Shown here in pieces: positions 28,834-37,195 of a stretch of 53,493 bases of DNA; the first letter of the stretch is position 1, and each line of letters begins with the position of its first letter. A model generated the notes under the pieces. That model was not told where the DNA came from and did no database searches. It saw only the letters and a list, made by a program, of their open reading frames with translations. Origin of the DNA: Nitrosomonadales bacterium (GTDB taxonomy: Bacteria; Pseudomonadota; Gammaproteobacteria; Burkholderiales; Gallionellaceae); contig JACREC010000084.1 of the NCBI GenBank assembly GCA_016218445.1, positions 1-53,493 of the forward strand. Reading direction: 5' to 3'. Position numbers and translations under genes: made by a program.

Positions 28834-29645
28834 TGCGCATCGCCGTCATCGTCACCACCTACAGCCGTCCCGATGCATTGGCCGCCGTGCTGGAAGGCTG
28901 CCTCGCCCAGACCGACCGCGATTTCGAGTTGCTGGTGGCGGACGACGGCTCGACGGAACAAACCGCCGAAGTGGTGCGGCAATTCCGGGCGCGCGCGTCT
29001 TTCCCCATCCGCCATGTGTGGCAGGAAGATGAGGGCTTTCGCGCCGCCGCGATACGCAATCGCGCGCTTGCTGCTACCGCTGCCGACTACATCGTGTTCA
29101 CCGACGGCGATTGCATTCCGCCGCTGGATTTTGTTGCCTGCCATCGCGCCCTGTCCGAACCGGGCTGGTTTCTTGCCGGCAACCGGCTGATGCTGACGCG
29201 CGATTTCACCGAGCAGGTGCTGCGCGAAAAACTGCCCATCCATCTCTGGAGCACAGGGGATTGGTTGCGTGCGTGCTGGCGCGGACAGATCAGGCGCGTG
29301 TTGCCGCTGATCCGGCTGCCGAATCTCGGGCCGTTGCGCAAACTCGCGCCGCGCCGCTGGCAGGGTGCCAAGACCTGCAATCTTTCCGCATTCCGCTCCG
29401 ACTTGCTCAAGGTGAATGGGCTGGATGAATCCTATACCGGCTGGGGACTGGAAGATTCCGACCTGGTGATCCGCCTGATCCGCGCCGGGATCTATCACAA
29501 GAGCGCGCGCTTTTCCGTGCCATTGTTCCATCTTTGGCACCGGGAGAATGACCGCAGCAAACTCGAAGAAAACCGGCGGCGGCTGGAAGCGGCGCTGCAA
29601 GCGACGCATACCCATGCGGCGCTTGGGGTAGACCAGTACTTATGA
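28833..29645 (+). CDS. glycosyltransferase family 2
   Basis: MRIAVIVTTYSRPDALAAVLEGCLAQTDRDFELLVADDGS, FTDGDCI and GWGLEDSDLVIRL, a GT2 domain with a Glyco_transf_7C-like tail. Confidence 0.85.
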   Translation: MRIAVIVTTYSRPDALAAVLEGCLAQTDRDFELLVADDGSTEQTAEVVRQFRARASFPIRHVWQEDEGFRAAAIRNRALAATAADYIVFTDGDCIPPLDFVACHRALSEPGWFLAGNRLMLTRDFTEQVLREKLPIHLWSTGDWLRACWRGQIRRVLPLIRLPNLGPLRKLAPRRWQGAKTCNLSAFRSDLLKVNGLDESYTGWGLEDSDLVIRLIRAGIYHKSARFSVPLFHLWHRENDRSKLEENRRRLEAALQATHTHAALGVDQYL

Positions 29646-29656
29646 ATCTAGAAAAA

Positions 29657-29757
29657 GCAGTTGGCAGTTTTGGTGAAACTACTAGCCATTCGACTAGGCC
29701 AGCAACAAACGTTGGCCAAGTCGCTGGTTATGTAGGTGCGAATAAATTCGCACCTAC
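29657..29757 (+). repeat. family-B hairpin unit followed by a GTAG-type REP hairpin
   Basis: gcagttggcagttttggtgaaactactagccattcgactaGGCCAgcaacaaacgtTGGCCaagtcgctggttat is followed by the perfect 12 bp hairpin GTAGGTGCGAAT-aa-ATTCGCACCTAC (29732-29757). Confidence 0.85.
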
Positions 29758-29815
29758 GAATGCAACCCCATAGCATGAAACTATGGAAAATTTTCCACCA
29801 ACTGCCGTTTTCAGG

Positions 29816-30865
29816 ATGAAAATTCTGCACGTCGTGCGCCGCTATGGCCCGATGGGTGGCATGGAGCGCTATGTCTGGGAAGTGACGCGTGCACTGCAAC
29901 AGCTTGGCCATCAGGTCGAAGTGGTGTGCGAACGCTGTCATGCCGGGAAACCAGAGGGCATTACGGTACATGAGCTGGGTGAAATCGCACCGCGTCCGCG
30001 CTGGTTGTCGCTGTTGCGCTTCGGTGCACGCGTGATGGATTGGCTTCAGGCGCATCCGCATCCCGGCTGGCTGATCCACAGCCATGAGCGGTTAGGTGCG
30101 CATCACGTCACCACCTTTCACGTCCCGCCCTTCGCCACCGTTTTTGAAAAACCTTGGTGGCGCTTGCTTTCGTTGCGGGTCTGGATGCAGTTATATCTGG
30201 AACGGCGCGAACTATCCGCCTCAACCGCCATCGTGCCGAACTCGGTGACCATACGCCGGCAGCTTGCCCATTATTATCCGGCGCAAAGTGTGAAATTGAC
30301 GCAGCCCATCGTGCCCGGTGTGACAGCAACCACACCACGCGCATGGCGTGAGGTTGCCCCGGAGGGCGGCGTCATCGGTTTCGTGGGCAAGGAATGGCAG
30401 CGCAAGGGGTTGCCGCTGGCGGCGGAGATTGCCGCGCAATTGCGCCGCACGCGGCCGAACCTTGAACTGTGGGTGGTCGGCCCGGAGCCGGAGCAGGTAC
30501 GGCATCTCTTTGCCGGCTGGCAGGGAGGTTACCGATTGTTGGGCTGGAGCGATAAATCGCACTTTGCAGATTTTGATGTGTTGCTGCACCCGGCCAAAGT
30601 CGAGCCTTACGGCATGGTCATCAGCGAGGCAATGGCGGCGCAGGTTCCGGTGCTGGTTTCGGATGTGTGCGGGGCAGCGGCGCAGGTGACCGCTGCAGCG
30701 GGGGCGGTGCTGCCGCTGTCTGCCGCCGCCGCGAGTTGGGCAGCAGCGGTGGAGGCACAGCTCCGCCGCCCCTCTGCGCCGCCGCCGTTCGCGCGGAGCT
30801 GGCGTGAGGTGGCGCAGGAATATGAGACAATTTATCAACAGTGTCTGAACGGTGAGATGGAATGA
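29816..30865 (+). CDS. glycosyltransferase family 4 (LPS core, WaaG-like)
   Basis: MKILHVVRRYGPMGGMERYV N-terminus and the EPYGMVISEAMAAQVPVLVSDVCG E(x7)E motif. The ATG at 29816 follows AGGA. Confidence 0.82.
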   Translation: MKILHVVRRYGPMGGMERYVWEVTRALQQLGHQVEVVCERCHAGKPEGITVHELGEIAPRPRWLSLLRFGARVMDWLQAHPHPGWLIHSHERLGAHHVTTFHVPPFATVFEKPWWRLLSLRVWMQLYLERRELSASTAIVPNSVTIRRQLAHYYPAQSVKLTQPIVPGVTATTPRAWREVAPEGGVIGFVGKEWQRKGLPLAAEIAAQLRRTRPNLELWVVGPEPEQVRHLFAGWQGGYRLLGWSDKSHFADFDVLLHPAKVEPYGMVISEAMAAQVPVLVSDVCGAAAQVTAAAGAVLPLSAAAASWAAAVEAQLRRPSAPPPFARSWREVAQEYETIYQQCLNGEME

Positions 30866-31722
30866 GTGCAGCGCTACGGCCTTATTTAACGACCTGCCCG
30901 GTAGGTTGCGCTGGCGGGCTGGAAGCCACGCAATACCTTCTGCCTGAAGGCGCGTTGTTGCGTTGCACTGCATGCGGACAACTGCTCAGCCAGTGCACGG
31001 AGGAACGGTACTGGCAATCGATGGAGGAGTTCGATGACCCGCACGGCACCTTGCCGGATCAGCGTTCGGTAGCGCGCCGCTTCCGGCGCAGCAGGAAATT
31101 TCTCGAGCGGATCGCCAATTTTCTCAAGCAACCGCAAACTGACATTCGGCTGCTGGATGTGGGTTGCTCCAGCGGCGCTTTTCTCGGTGCGGCGGTCAAG
31201 CTGGGTTACCGCGCGGAAGGAGTGGAACCGGCGGCGCAGGCGGTGGCAACTGCACGGAACAGCGGGCTGAATGTGCGCCATGGACTGTTGCAGGATGCGG
31301 GTTTTGCGGATGGGCAATTCGACGCTATTACCCTGTTCGAGGTAATCGAACATCTCAAGGAGCCGCTCGACTTGTTGCGGGAATGTCGGCGCATCCTGCG
31401 CCCCGGTGGCATCCTGCTGATCGGCACCGGCAATGCGGCAAGCTGGAGCATGGCGGCGATGGGCGCGAAGTGGGAATATCTGAGCATCGCCAAACATGGC
31501 GGTCATATCAGTTTCTACACGCCGCATTCCACAAACGTGCTGGCACAGCGCGCCGGTTTTTCGGTAGCCGGTATCCGGACGCGCGGGGTGCGCTTCTGCG
31601 AGAAAGGCGATTGCGCAGCACCGGTTTACAGCGCAGCGAAGCTGGCCGGTGAGTTGCTGAATCCGCTCGCGGCCATGCTGGATAAAGGCAGCGACATGGC
31701 GGTTTATTTGCGGCGGACATGA
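30862..31722 (+). CDS. class I SAM-dependent methyltransferase with an N-terminal Cys-rich (zinc-ribbon-like) segment
   Basis: CPVGC...CTACGQLLSQC, then LLDVGCSSGAFL (motif I), DAITLFEVIEHL and LRPGGILLIGT. Confidence 0.8.
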   Translation: MSAALRPYLTTCPVGCAGGLEATQYLLPEGALLRCTACGQLLSQCTEERYWQSMEEFDDPHGTLPDQRSVARRFRRSRKFLERIANFLKQPQTDIRLLDVGCSSGAFLGAAVKLGYRAEGVEPAAQAVATARNSGLNVRHGLLQDAGFADGQFDAITLFEVIEHLKEPLDLLRECRRILRPGGILLIGTGNAASWSMAAMGAKWEYLSIAKHGGHISFYTPHSTNVLAQRAGFSVAGIRTRGVRFCEKGDCAAPVYSAAKLAGELLNPLAAMLDKGSDMAVYLRRT

Positions 31723-32609
31723 AACGCTGTCTGGCTTGCTCAAGGACTTTCGATACGCCTGATTGGACCTGTCCGGCCTGTGGCAACACACCCGCCGAAC
31801 GAAATGGTTTTCTGGCTTTCGCCCCGGAACTTGCCGACCAGAACGACGGTTTTAACCCGGAATTTTTCCAGTTGATGGTGGCGGTTGAACCAGAACATTT
31901 CTGGTTTGTTGCGCGCAACCGCATCCTGATGGATGTGATGCGTAAATATTTCCCGGCTCCGGGCAAAGTGCTGGAAATGGGTTGCGGCACAGGTTTTGTA
32001 TTGTCCGGTTTGTGCGCTGCCTTTCCCCAGGCGCGCTTGAGCGGCAGCGATATTTTCACCGAAGGCTTGGCCTTCACTGCCCGGCGGGTGCCCAGTGCCT
32101 TCCTGTTTCAGATGGATGCGCGCCGCATCCCGTTTCAGGAAGAATTTGACTTGATCGGGGCATTTGACGTGCTGGAGCACATTGAGGAAGATAACGCAGC
32201 GCTGGCGCAGATGTACCAAGCCTGCAAGCCGGGCGGAGGCATCGTCCTGACTGTTCCCCAGCACCGCTGGCTGTGGAGCCGCGTTGACGACTTTGCCCAC
32301 CACAAGCGCCGCTACACAAGAGCGGAGTTGATTGAGAAAACGGCCCGTGCGGGCTTCCGGGTTGAATATGCGACCTCATTCGTTTCGCTGCTGCTGCCGC
32401 TGCTGCTGGCCTCGCGCGGGATGAAAAAATCCGGCGCGGACATGGAGCAACAGATGGAGGCGGTGGGCTTGAAGGTCGGCAGGCTGACCAACGCCGTGCT
32501 GGGGGCAATAATGCAAATAGAGCGAGGTTTGATTAGCCTTGGTTTATCATTCCCGTTTGGTGGCTCGCTGTTGCTGGTTGCCAGAAAACCGGAAAGCCAG
32601 AAAGAATAA
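31719..32609 (+). CDS. class I SAM-dependent methyltransferase with an N-terminal zinc ribbon
   Basis: CLACSRTFDTPDWTCPACG, then VLEMGCGTGFVL, DLIGAFDVLEHI and KPGGGIVLTVP. Confidence 0.8.
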   Translation: MKRCLACSRTFDTPDWTCPACGNTPAERNGFLAFAPELADQNDGFNPEFFQLMVAVEPEHFWFVARNRILMDVMRKYFPAPGKVLEMGCGTGFVLSGLCAAFPQARLSGSDIFTEGLAFTARRVPSAFLFQMDARRIPFQEEFDLIGAFDVLEHIEEDNAALAQMYQACKPGGGIVLTVPQHRWLWSRVDDFAHHKRRYTRAELIEKTARAGFRVEYATSFVSLLLPLLLASRGMKKSGADMEQQMEAVGLKVGRLTNAVLGAIMQIERGLISLGLSFPFGGSLLLVARKPESQKE

Positions 32610-32623
32610 AAAGACAACCTACC

Positions 32624-33577
32624 ATGAACCGGAAAATGCCCCTTATCTCCATCGTCGTTCCCGTATACAAGGCCGAAAACTGCCTTGATGAATTGTATCG
32701 CCGCCTGGTGCTCGCATTGGAAACCATCACGCCTGATTTCGAGATCGTGCTGGTGGAAGACTGCGGCGGGGATCGCTCATGGGAAATCATCGAGCGGCTT
32801 TCCGCACAGGATGGGCGTGTCAGGGGGATACAGTTCAGCCGGAATTTTGGCCAGCACTACGGCATAACCGCCGGGCTGGATTATTGCAACGGCGATTGGG
32901 TGGTGGTGATGGATTGCGATTTGCAGGACAGGCCGGAAGAGATTCCGCGTCTGTATGCCAAGGCGCAGGAAGGTTATGACATCGTGCTGGCGCGGCGCGG
33001 CAAGCGCCAGGACCCGCTGTTGAAGCGCTGCACCTCCTGGTTGTTTTACAAGCTGTTCAGCTATCTGGCTGATATAGAATACGACGCACAAACCGGAAAT
33101 TTCCGCATCATGTCGCGCAAGGTAGTGAATAATTTCCGCAGGATGCGCGAGCAATTACGCTTCTTCGGCGGCCTGGTGCAGTGGATGGGTTTCCCCAGCG
33201 CCAGTATCGAGGTGGAACACGCCGAACGCCTGGAAGGGAACTCCACCTATACCTTTGCCAAGCTGTGGAAGCTGGCTTCCGAGACCATCATCGCCTATTC
33301 CGACAAGCCATTGCGGCTGGCCATCCGCTTCGGTTTCACGATGGCTTTTCTGGCATTCTGCTATGGCGTGTATATTTTCATCCGTGCGCTGTTTTACGGC
33401 TCTCCCATAGAAGGCTGGAGCAGCCTGATCGTCTCGCTGTATTTTATCGGCGGCATCATCATCGCCATTCTGGGGATCATGGGCATTTATCTGGGCAAGA
33501 CATTCGACGAAAGCAAGAAACGTCCTTTGTATATCGTCAGACGTGCGACCTTTGGTGAACATGGTTCCGCTGATTAA
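32624..33577 (+). CDS. polyprenyl-phosphate glycosyltransferase (GT2; ArnC/GtrB/DPM1-like)
   Basis: ISIVVPVYKAENCLDELYRRL, VLVEDCGGDRSWEII, FSRNFGQHYGITAGL, VVMDCDLQDRPEEIP and two C-terminal TM helices. This is the typical GtrB/ArnC architecture. Confidence 0.85.
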   Translation: MNRKMPLISIVVPVYKAENCLDELYRRLVLALETITPDFEIVLVEDCGGDRSWEIIERLSAQDGRVRGIQFSRNFGQHYGITAGLDYCNGDWVVVMDCDLQDRPEEIPRLYAKAQEGYDIVLARRGKRQDPLLKRCTSWLFYKLFSYLADIEYDAQTGNFRIMSRKVVNNFRRMREQLRFFGGLVQWMGFPSASIEVEHAERLEGNSTYTFAKLWKLASETIIAYSDKPLRLAIRFGFTMAFLAFCYGVYIFIRALFYGSPIEGWSSLIVSLYFIGGIIIAILGIMGIYLGKTFDESKKRPLYIVRRATFGEHGSAD

Positions 33578-34229
33578 GCCCACCCCGTGGGACACGGCGG
33601 CGTTCGGCATGCCCACCTGGGAGCTGACCGAATATTCGGATGCGGCATTGAGGCAAGCTGTTCAAACAGCAGGGCATCACACCATCAGGGTGGATGCGCT
33701 GGCAGACAATCGGCTGCTGTACGAATATGGTTTCTACTACTGCGACACACTGATCGAGCCGTATTGCAATGCCGAACGCCTGCGCGCGGCACAACACCCT
33801 GAGGCGTCCATCTCCAAGGAGATCGATGCCGAACAGGCAATGATGATCTGCCACGGCGCGTTTGCACATGGCCGGTTCCATCGCGATTTCAATGTGCCCA
33901 AGGCCGCCGCCGATCTGCGCTACGACAACTGGCTGAAGCAATTGCTCGAAGCGCAGCAAGTATACGGACTGTACTGGCAGGGTGTGCTGGCGGGATTCAT
34001 CGGCCACAGCGGCAACGGCCTGATCCTGCACGCGCTGTCCGGAGAATACAGCGGCAGAGGGCTGGCCAAATACTGGTGGAGCGCGGTGTGCAATGAACTG
34101 TTCGGTGCGGGCTGTGCGGAAGTGAAAAGTTCGATTTCTGCTGCCAATGTGGCGGCACTCACTCTCTATTCATCCCTGGGGTTCAGCTTCAGGAACCCGG
34201 TGTGCATCTATCATCGGCTGGTGAAATGA
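33561..34229 (+). CDS. WecD-like dTDP-4-amino-4,6-dideoxy-sugar N-acetyltransferase (GNAT)
   Basis: The following pairs give this ORF first and E. coli WecD (from memory) second. KPTPWDTAAFGM versus EPLTWENAFFGV. GRFHRDFN versus SRFRAPWY. LRYDNWLKQLL versus RFYAQWIENAV. EVKSSISAANVAALTLYSSLGFSF versus [24 protein letters not shown]. Confidence 0.65.
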   Translation: MVPLIKPTPWDTAAFGMPTWELTEYSDAALRQAVQTAGHHTIRVDALADNRLLYEYGFYYCDTLIEPYCNAERLRAAQHPEASISKEIDAEQAMMICHGAFAHGRFHRDFNVPKAAADLRYDNWLKQLLEAQQVYGLYWQGVLAGFIGHSGNGLILHALSGEYSGRGLAKYWWSAVCNELFGAGCAEVKSSISAANVAALTLYSSLGFSFRNPVCIYHRLVK

Positions 34230-34588
34230 GTTACTTCTACATCTTCCTGACCATCATTCTCACCGTGTATGGCCAGATTGCCATCAAGTGGCAGGTGCTC
34301 AAGGCTGGGGCGTTGCCCGAGGTATTGCCGGACAAAGTTGCCTTCCTGGTTAACCTGCTGCTCAATCCCTGGGTAATCAGCGCGTTTGCGGCAGCCCTCC
34401 TTGCCTCGGTGTTCTGGATGGCAGCGATGACCAAGCTGCAACTCAGTCACGCCTATCCGTTCATGAGCCTGGCCTTTGTGCTGATCCTGATGGCGAGCGG
34501 TTTGTTTTTCCACGAACCGGTCACCCCGCTGAAAATCGCCGGTATAGTGCTCATCGTTCTCGGCATCATCGTGGGCAGTCAGGGTTAG
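34226..34588 (+). CDS. small 4-TM EamA/SMR-like transporter (ArnE/ArnF-like Und-P-sugar flippase candidate)
   Basis: 120 aa with four hydrophobic helices. The ATG overlaps the upstream stop (ATGA). It sits between the polyprenyl-P GT2/acetyltransferase genes and a GT-C enzyme. Confidence 0.65.
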   Translation: MSYFYIFLTIILTVYGQIAIKWQVLKAGALPEVLPDKVAFLVNLLLNPWVISAFAAALLASVFWMAAMTKLQLSHAYPFMSLAFVLILMASGLFFHEPVTPLKIAGIVLIVLGIIVGSQG

Positions 34589-34590
34589 CA

Positions 34591-35982
34591 TTATTTGCGG
34601 CAGGCTTCGCCGCGGCACAGCAGATAAAGTTCGTCACCGCCAAGCTGGTATTTCCTGTAAACCTCACCCAGCGCCGCATCGGCGCTAAGTGCCAGCACAT
34701 AACCCGATTGCCATTGCGCGGGCGGCCACTGCAAGGCGGTTGCCGGGTAACGGCGCTGGTCGAGGTAGGCCGTCACGCTTAACCCGCTTGCGCTGACATC
34801 GGCGCTATACAGCGGATAACCATTAGCCTGCATCAGGATGTCGGCCGCCGCATCGTCGTAATTCTTGCCGCGATAATGCTCCTGGTAATAGGGGAAGACG
34901 GCCAGCGCCACGATGAACTTGAGCACCAGCGCACCGATCATCCATTTGCGGCCCATCGCAATTGCCGCCTCGCCCGACTGCCAGACAATGCGCGCGGCGA
35001 CCAGCGCCAGCAACGGATAGATCGGCAACAGATAGCGCATGCCGCCCTGCGGTGAGAGCCAGTAGGGCAGGAAATTCAACAGCGTGATCCAGCATGCGAC
35101 CCTGAACAACCGCTGGCCTTCCACTTCATCCTTCCGGTTGCGCTTGAGCAGCCAGAAATAGAGCGCCAGCAGCATTATCGGCGACAGCCAGATCAATATC
35201 TCTACCGGGTACATAACCAGCCGGGTGAGATAGGCGGTCATTTCCGGAAATGCCAGTTTGTACAATATCTCTGCGAACATCCGCCCGCTCTGCGCATGCC
35301 CGCCGGGAATCAGGGCGAACCAGGCCAGCGGTGCGGCAAAGGTGACGGCATGGATGAGCAGCGCGGGCCAGCGCAGCAGAAAGGCGCGCTGCCTGGCATC
35401 GAACAGCAGCACAAATAATGCCGCACCGTAGAACACATAAGCTGTGAGCGCCTTGCTCAGGAACGCGCAGGTCAGCAATGTGCTTGCCGCAAGCAGAAGT
35501 CCGGTGCGCCGTTCGAGTACGCCTATCCACAGCGCACTGATGGCGGCGAAGATGAACATCGCGAACAAGGGATCCACATAACTCAGCCAGCCGTGATACA
35601 GCAGCATATCTGCCATGGTGAGGTAGGCGACAGCGGCGAATGCGGCAAACGTTTTATCGCGGAACAGGTGTTGTGCCAGCCATGCCAGCAGCAGCCCGAC
35701 AGCCAGTGTTGCGCAGATGGTTAAGGCACGCGTGACTATCAGCACGTGTTCCCATCCCGCCAGTGCGGAGAGCAGCATGATGAGCCAGTTGAACATCGGA
35801 TTGTGCTGCACATCCATTCCATACAGGTACTGCTTCAACCATGTGCCGTGCTGCCACATTTCCAGCGAGGTGATGGGGAAAATGGCTTCTTCCCCGACGT
35901 AATAAAAATTCAGTGCGGGCAGGAAACTCAACGCAGCGAGCGCGAATAGCCACCAGAAAGTTTTGGCAGAAATGTTGGGCAT
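34591..35982 (-). CDS. GT-C fold glycosyltransferase (ArnT/PMT_2, GT39/GT83-like)
   Basis: 464 aa from MPNISAKTFWWLFALAALSF. About 11 TM helices, with the first periplasmic loop VGEEAIFPITSLEM carrying the acidic motif, and a C-terminal soluble domain. The upstream part of ORF 36183 overlaps the preceding gene. Confidence 0.8.
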   Translation of the reverse strand: MPNISAKTFWWLFALAALSFLPALNFYYVGEEAIFPITSLEMWQHGTWLKQYLYGMDVQHNPMFNWLIMLLSALAGWEHVLIVTRALTICATLAVGLLLAWLAQHLFRDKTFAAFAAVAYLTMADMLLYHGWLSYVDPLFAMFIFAAISALWIGVLERRTGLLLAASTLLTCAFLSKALTAYVFYGAALFVLLFDARQRAFLLRWPALLIHAVTFAAPLAWFALIPGGHAQSGRMFAEILYKLAFPEMTAYLTRLVMYPVEILIWLSPIMLLALYFWLLKRNRKDEVEGQRLFRVACWITLLNFLPYWLSPQGGMRYLLPIYPLLALVAARIVWQSGEAAIAMGRKWMIGALVLKFIVALAVFPYYQEHYRGKNYDDAAADILMQANGYPLYSADVSASGLSVTAYLDQRRYPATALQWPPAQWQSGYVLALSADAALGEVYRKYQLGGDELYLLCRGEACRK

Positions 35983-35990
35983 GATCGTCA

Positions 35991-37193
35991 TCAGTAAAGG
36001 CCGCCGGATGGCCATGTGATGTTGCTGCCACCGGTGCGTGAATAATTGCTCCAGAATGCCGCAAATACCTTGGCATAGCAGGTCGAAAAAGCATGATGCT
36101 CGTCTGCGAATTCGGCGGCGTTGCAGCCGAAGCGTTCGGATTGTCCGGCATCCAGGATCACCATGTTTTCCCGCGTTGCCCAAGCGCGGAGGGCATCTTT
36201 GGTATGTTCAAGCGTGGCTGACCATTGCGGATGTTGCAGGAATGCAGCCTCCATGCCCGGCAGCAGCGGCGGCATGAACAGCAGCAGTTTGCCGCCTTTG
36301 CTTTCGGCCTGCCGCGCGAGGGCGGCCAGATGGCGCAGCATGGCCGGATTCGGCTCGCCTTGCCTGCTCATCAGGTTGATGGTGTATTTTGAACTGGACA
36401 CGGTGGCGGAAAGGATCAGTGGCCGTGCATCCTTTACCGGTTCCAGATTGGCGAAGGTGGCGCTGCCATCAAAGCGGAAACCGGTGCAAGTGCCGCGGTA
36501 GATGGTGTCGAAATCCTTGGCCCATGTGCCGTCTGCACAGCGGTAATCATCGCTCACGGCTTGCAGAAAATACTGGCGGAATACGGCACGGCTATCCTGC
36601 GCGCGCAGGATTTGCCTGAGAATATCGAACAGGCTGACAACGCGCGGATAGGAAAGCGCATCGCGCACCCTGTCCAGCAGCGGAACGGTATTGGCATGTG
36701 TTGTTGCCTGTTGCTGTGCGGCCGCTATGGCAAGGTCGATTGGCACCGGTTCACCTTCCGCATAAATAAAACCGAGTGACCAATCCAGCGGGATGACCAG
36801 ATATTTAACGTTGTCCGTGTGCGCCATCAACCATTCCGCCTCACCGATCACGGATATCAGCCCATGCCCGGTCTGCGCGAAGTTGTAGGCCTTCATCGGC
36901 GGCGGGAACGCCGCTGCGCTAACGCCCAGCACGGTGGAAGAGCCGAACACTACGCCGTTGATCTCAGGCAGGCGATCATGCAGGCGCAGCGTCTTGAATA
37001 ACCCGGTGTCGCTCAGGGTCGGGGCATAGGTCACGCCATGCGTGGCCTGCTGCCATGTACTGGCTTGCCGGACCCGGCTGGTGTTGCCCAGCGTCTGGCT
37101 GCCGAGCTGGAGGTTCAGCGCGAGGATGGGCAGCAGCGTTGCCGCAAAACACGCGAGCATCAGCCGGACGTAGCGTTTGTGGGAACGGTTCAT
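35991..37193 (-). CDS. N-terminally anchored SGNH/DltD-like putative O-acyltransferase partner of the MBOAT protein
   Basis: 400 aa from MNRSHKRYVRLMLACFAATLLPILAL (signal anchor). VVFGSSTVLG is a GDS-like block I, and FADEHHAF is a DxxH-like block V near the C-terminus. It lies immediately downstream of the MBOAT gene (2 nt gap). Motif-level call only. Confidence 0.5.
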   Translation of the reverse strand: MNRSHKRYVRLMLACFAATLLPILALNLQLGSQTLGNTSRVRQASTWQQATHGVTYAPTLSDTGLFKTLRLHDRLPEINGVVFGSSTVLGVSAAAFPPPMKAYNFAQTGHGLISVIGEAEWLMAHTDNVKYLVIPLDWSLGFIYAEGEPVPIDLAIAAAQQQATTHANTVPLLDRVRDALSYPRVVSLFDILRQILRAQDSRAVFRQYFLQAVSDDYRCADGTWAKDFDTIYRGTCTGFRFDGSATFANLEPVKDARPLILSATVSSSKYTINLMSRQGEPNPAMLRHLAALARQAESKGGKLLLFMPPLLPGMEAAFLQHPQWSATLEHTKDALRAWATRENMVILDAGQSERFGCNAAEFADEHHAFSTCYAKVFAAFWSNYSRTGGSNITWPSGGLY

Positions 37194-37195
37194 TT

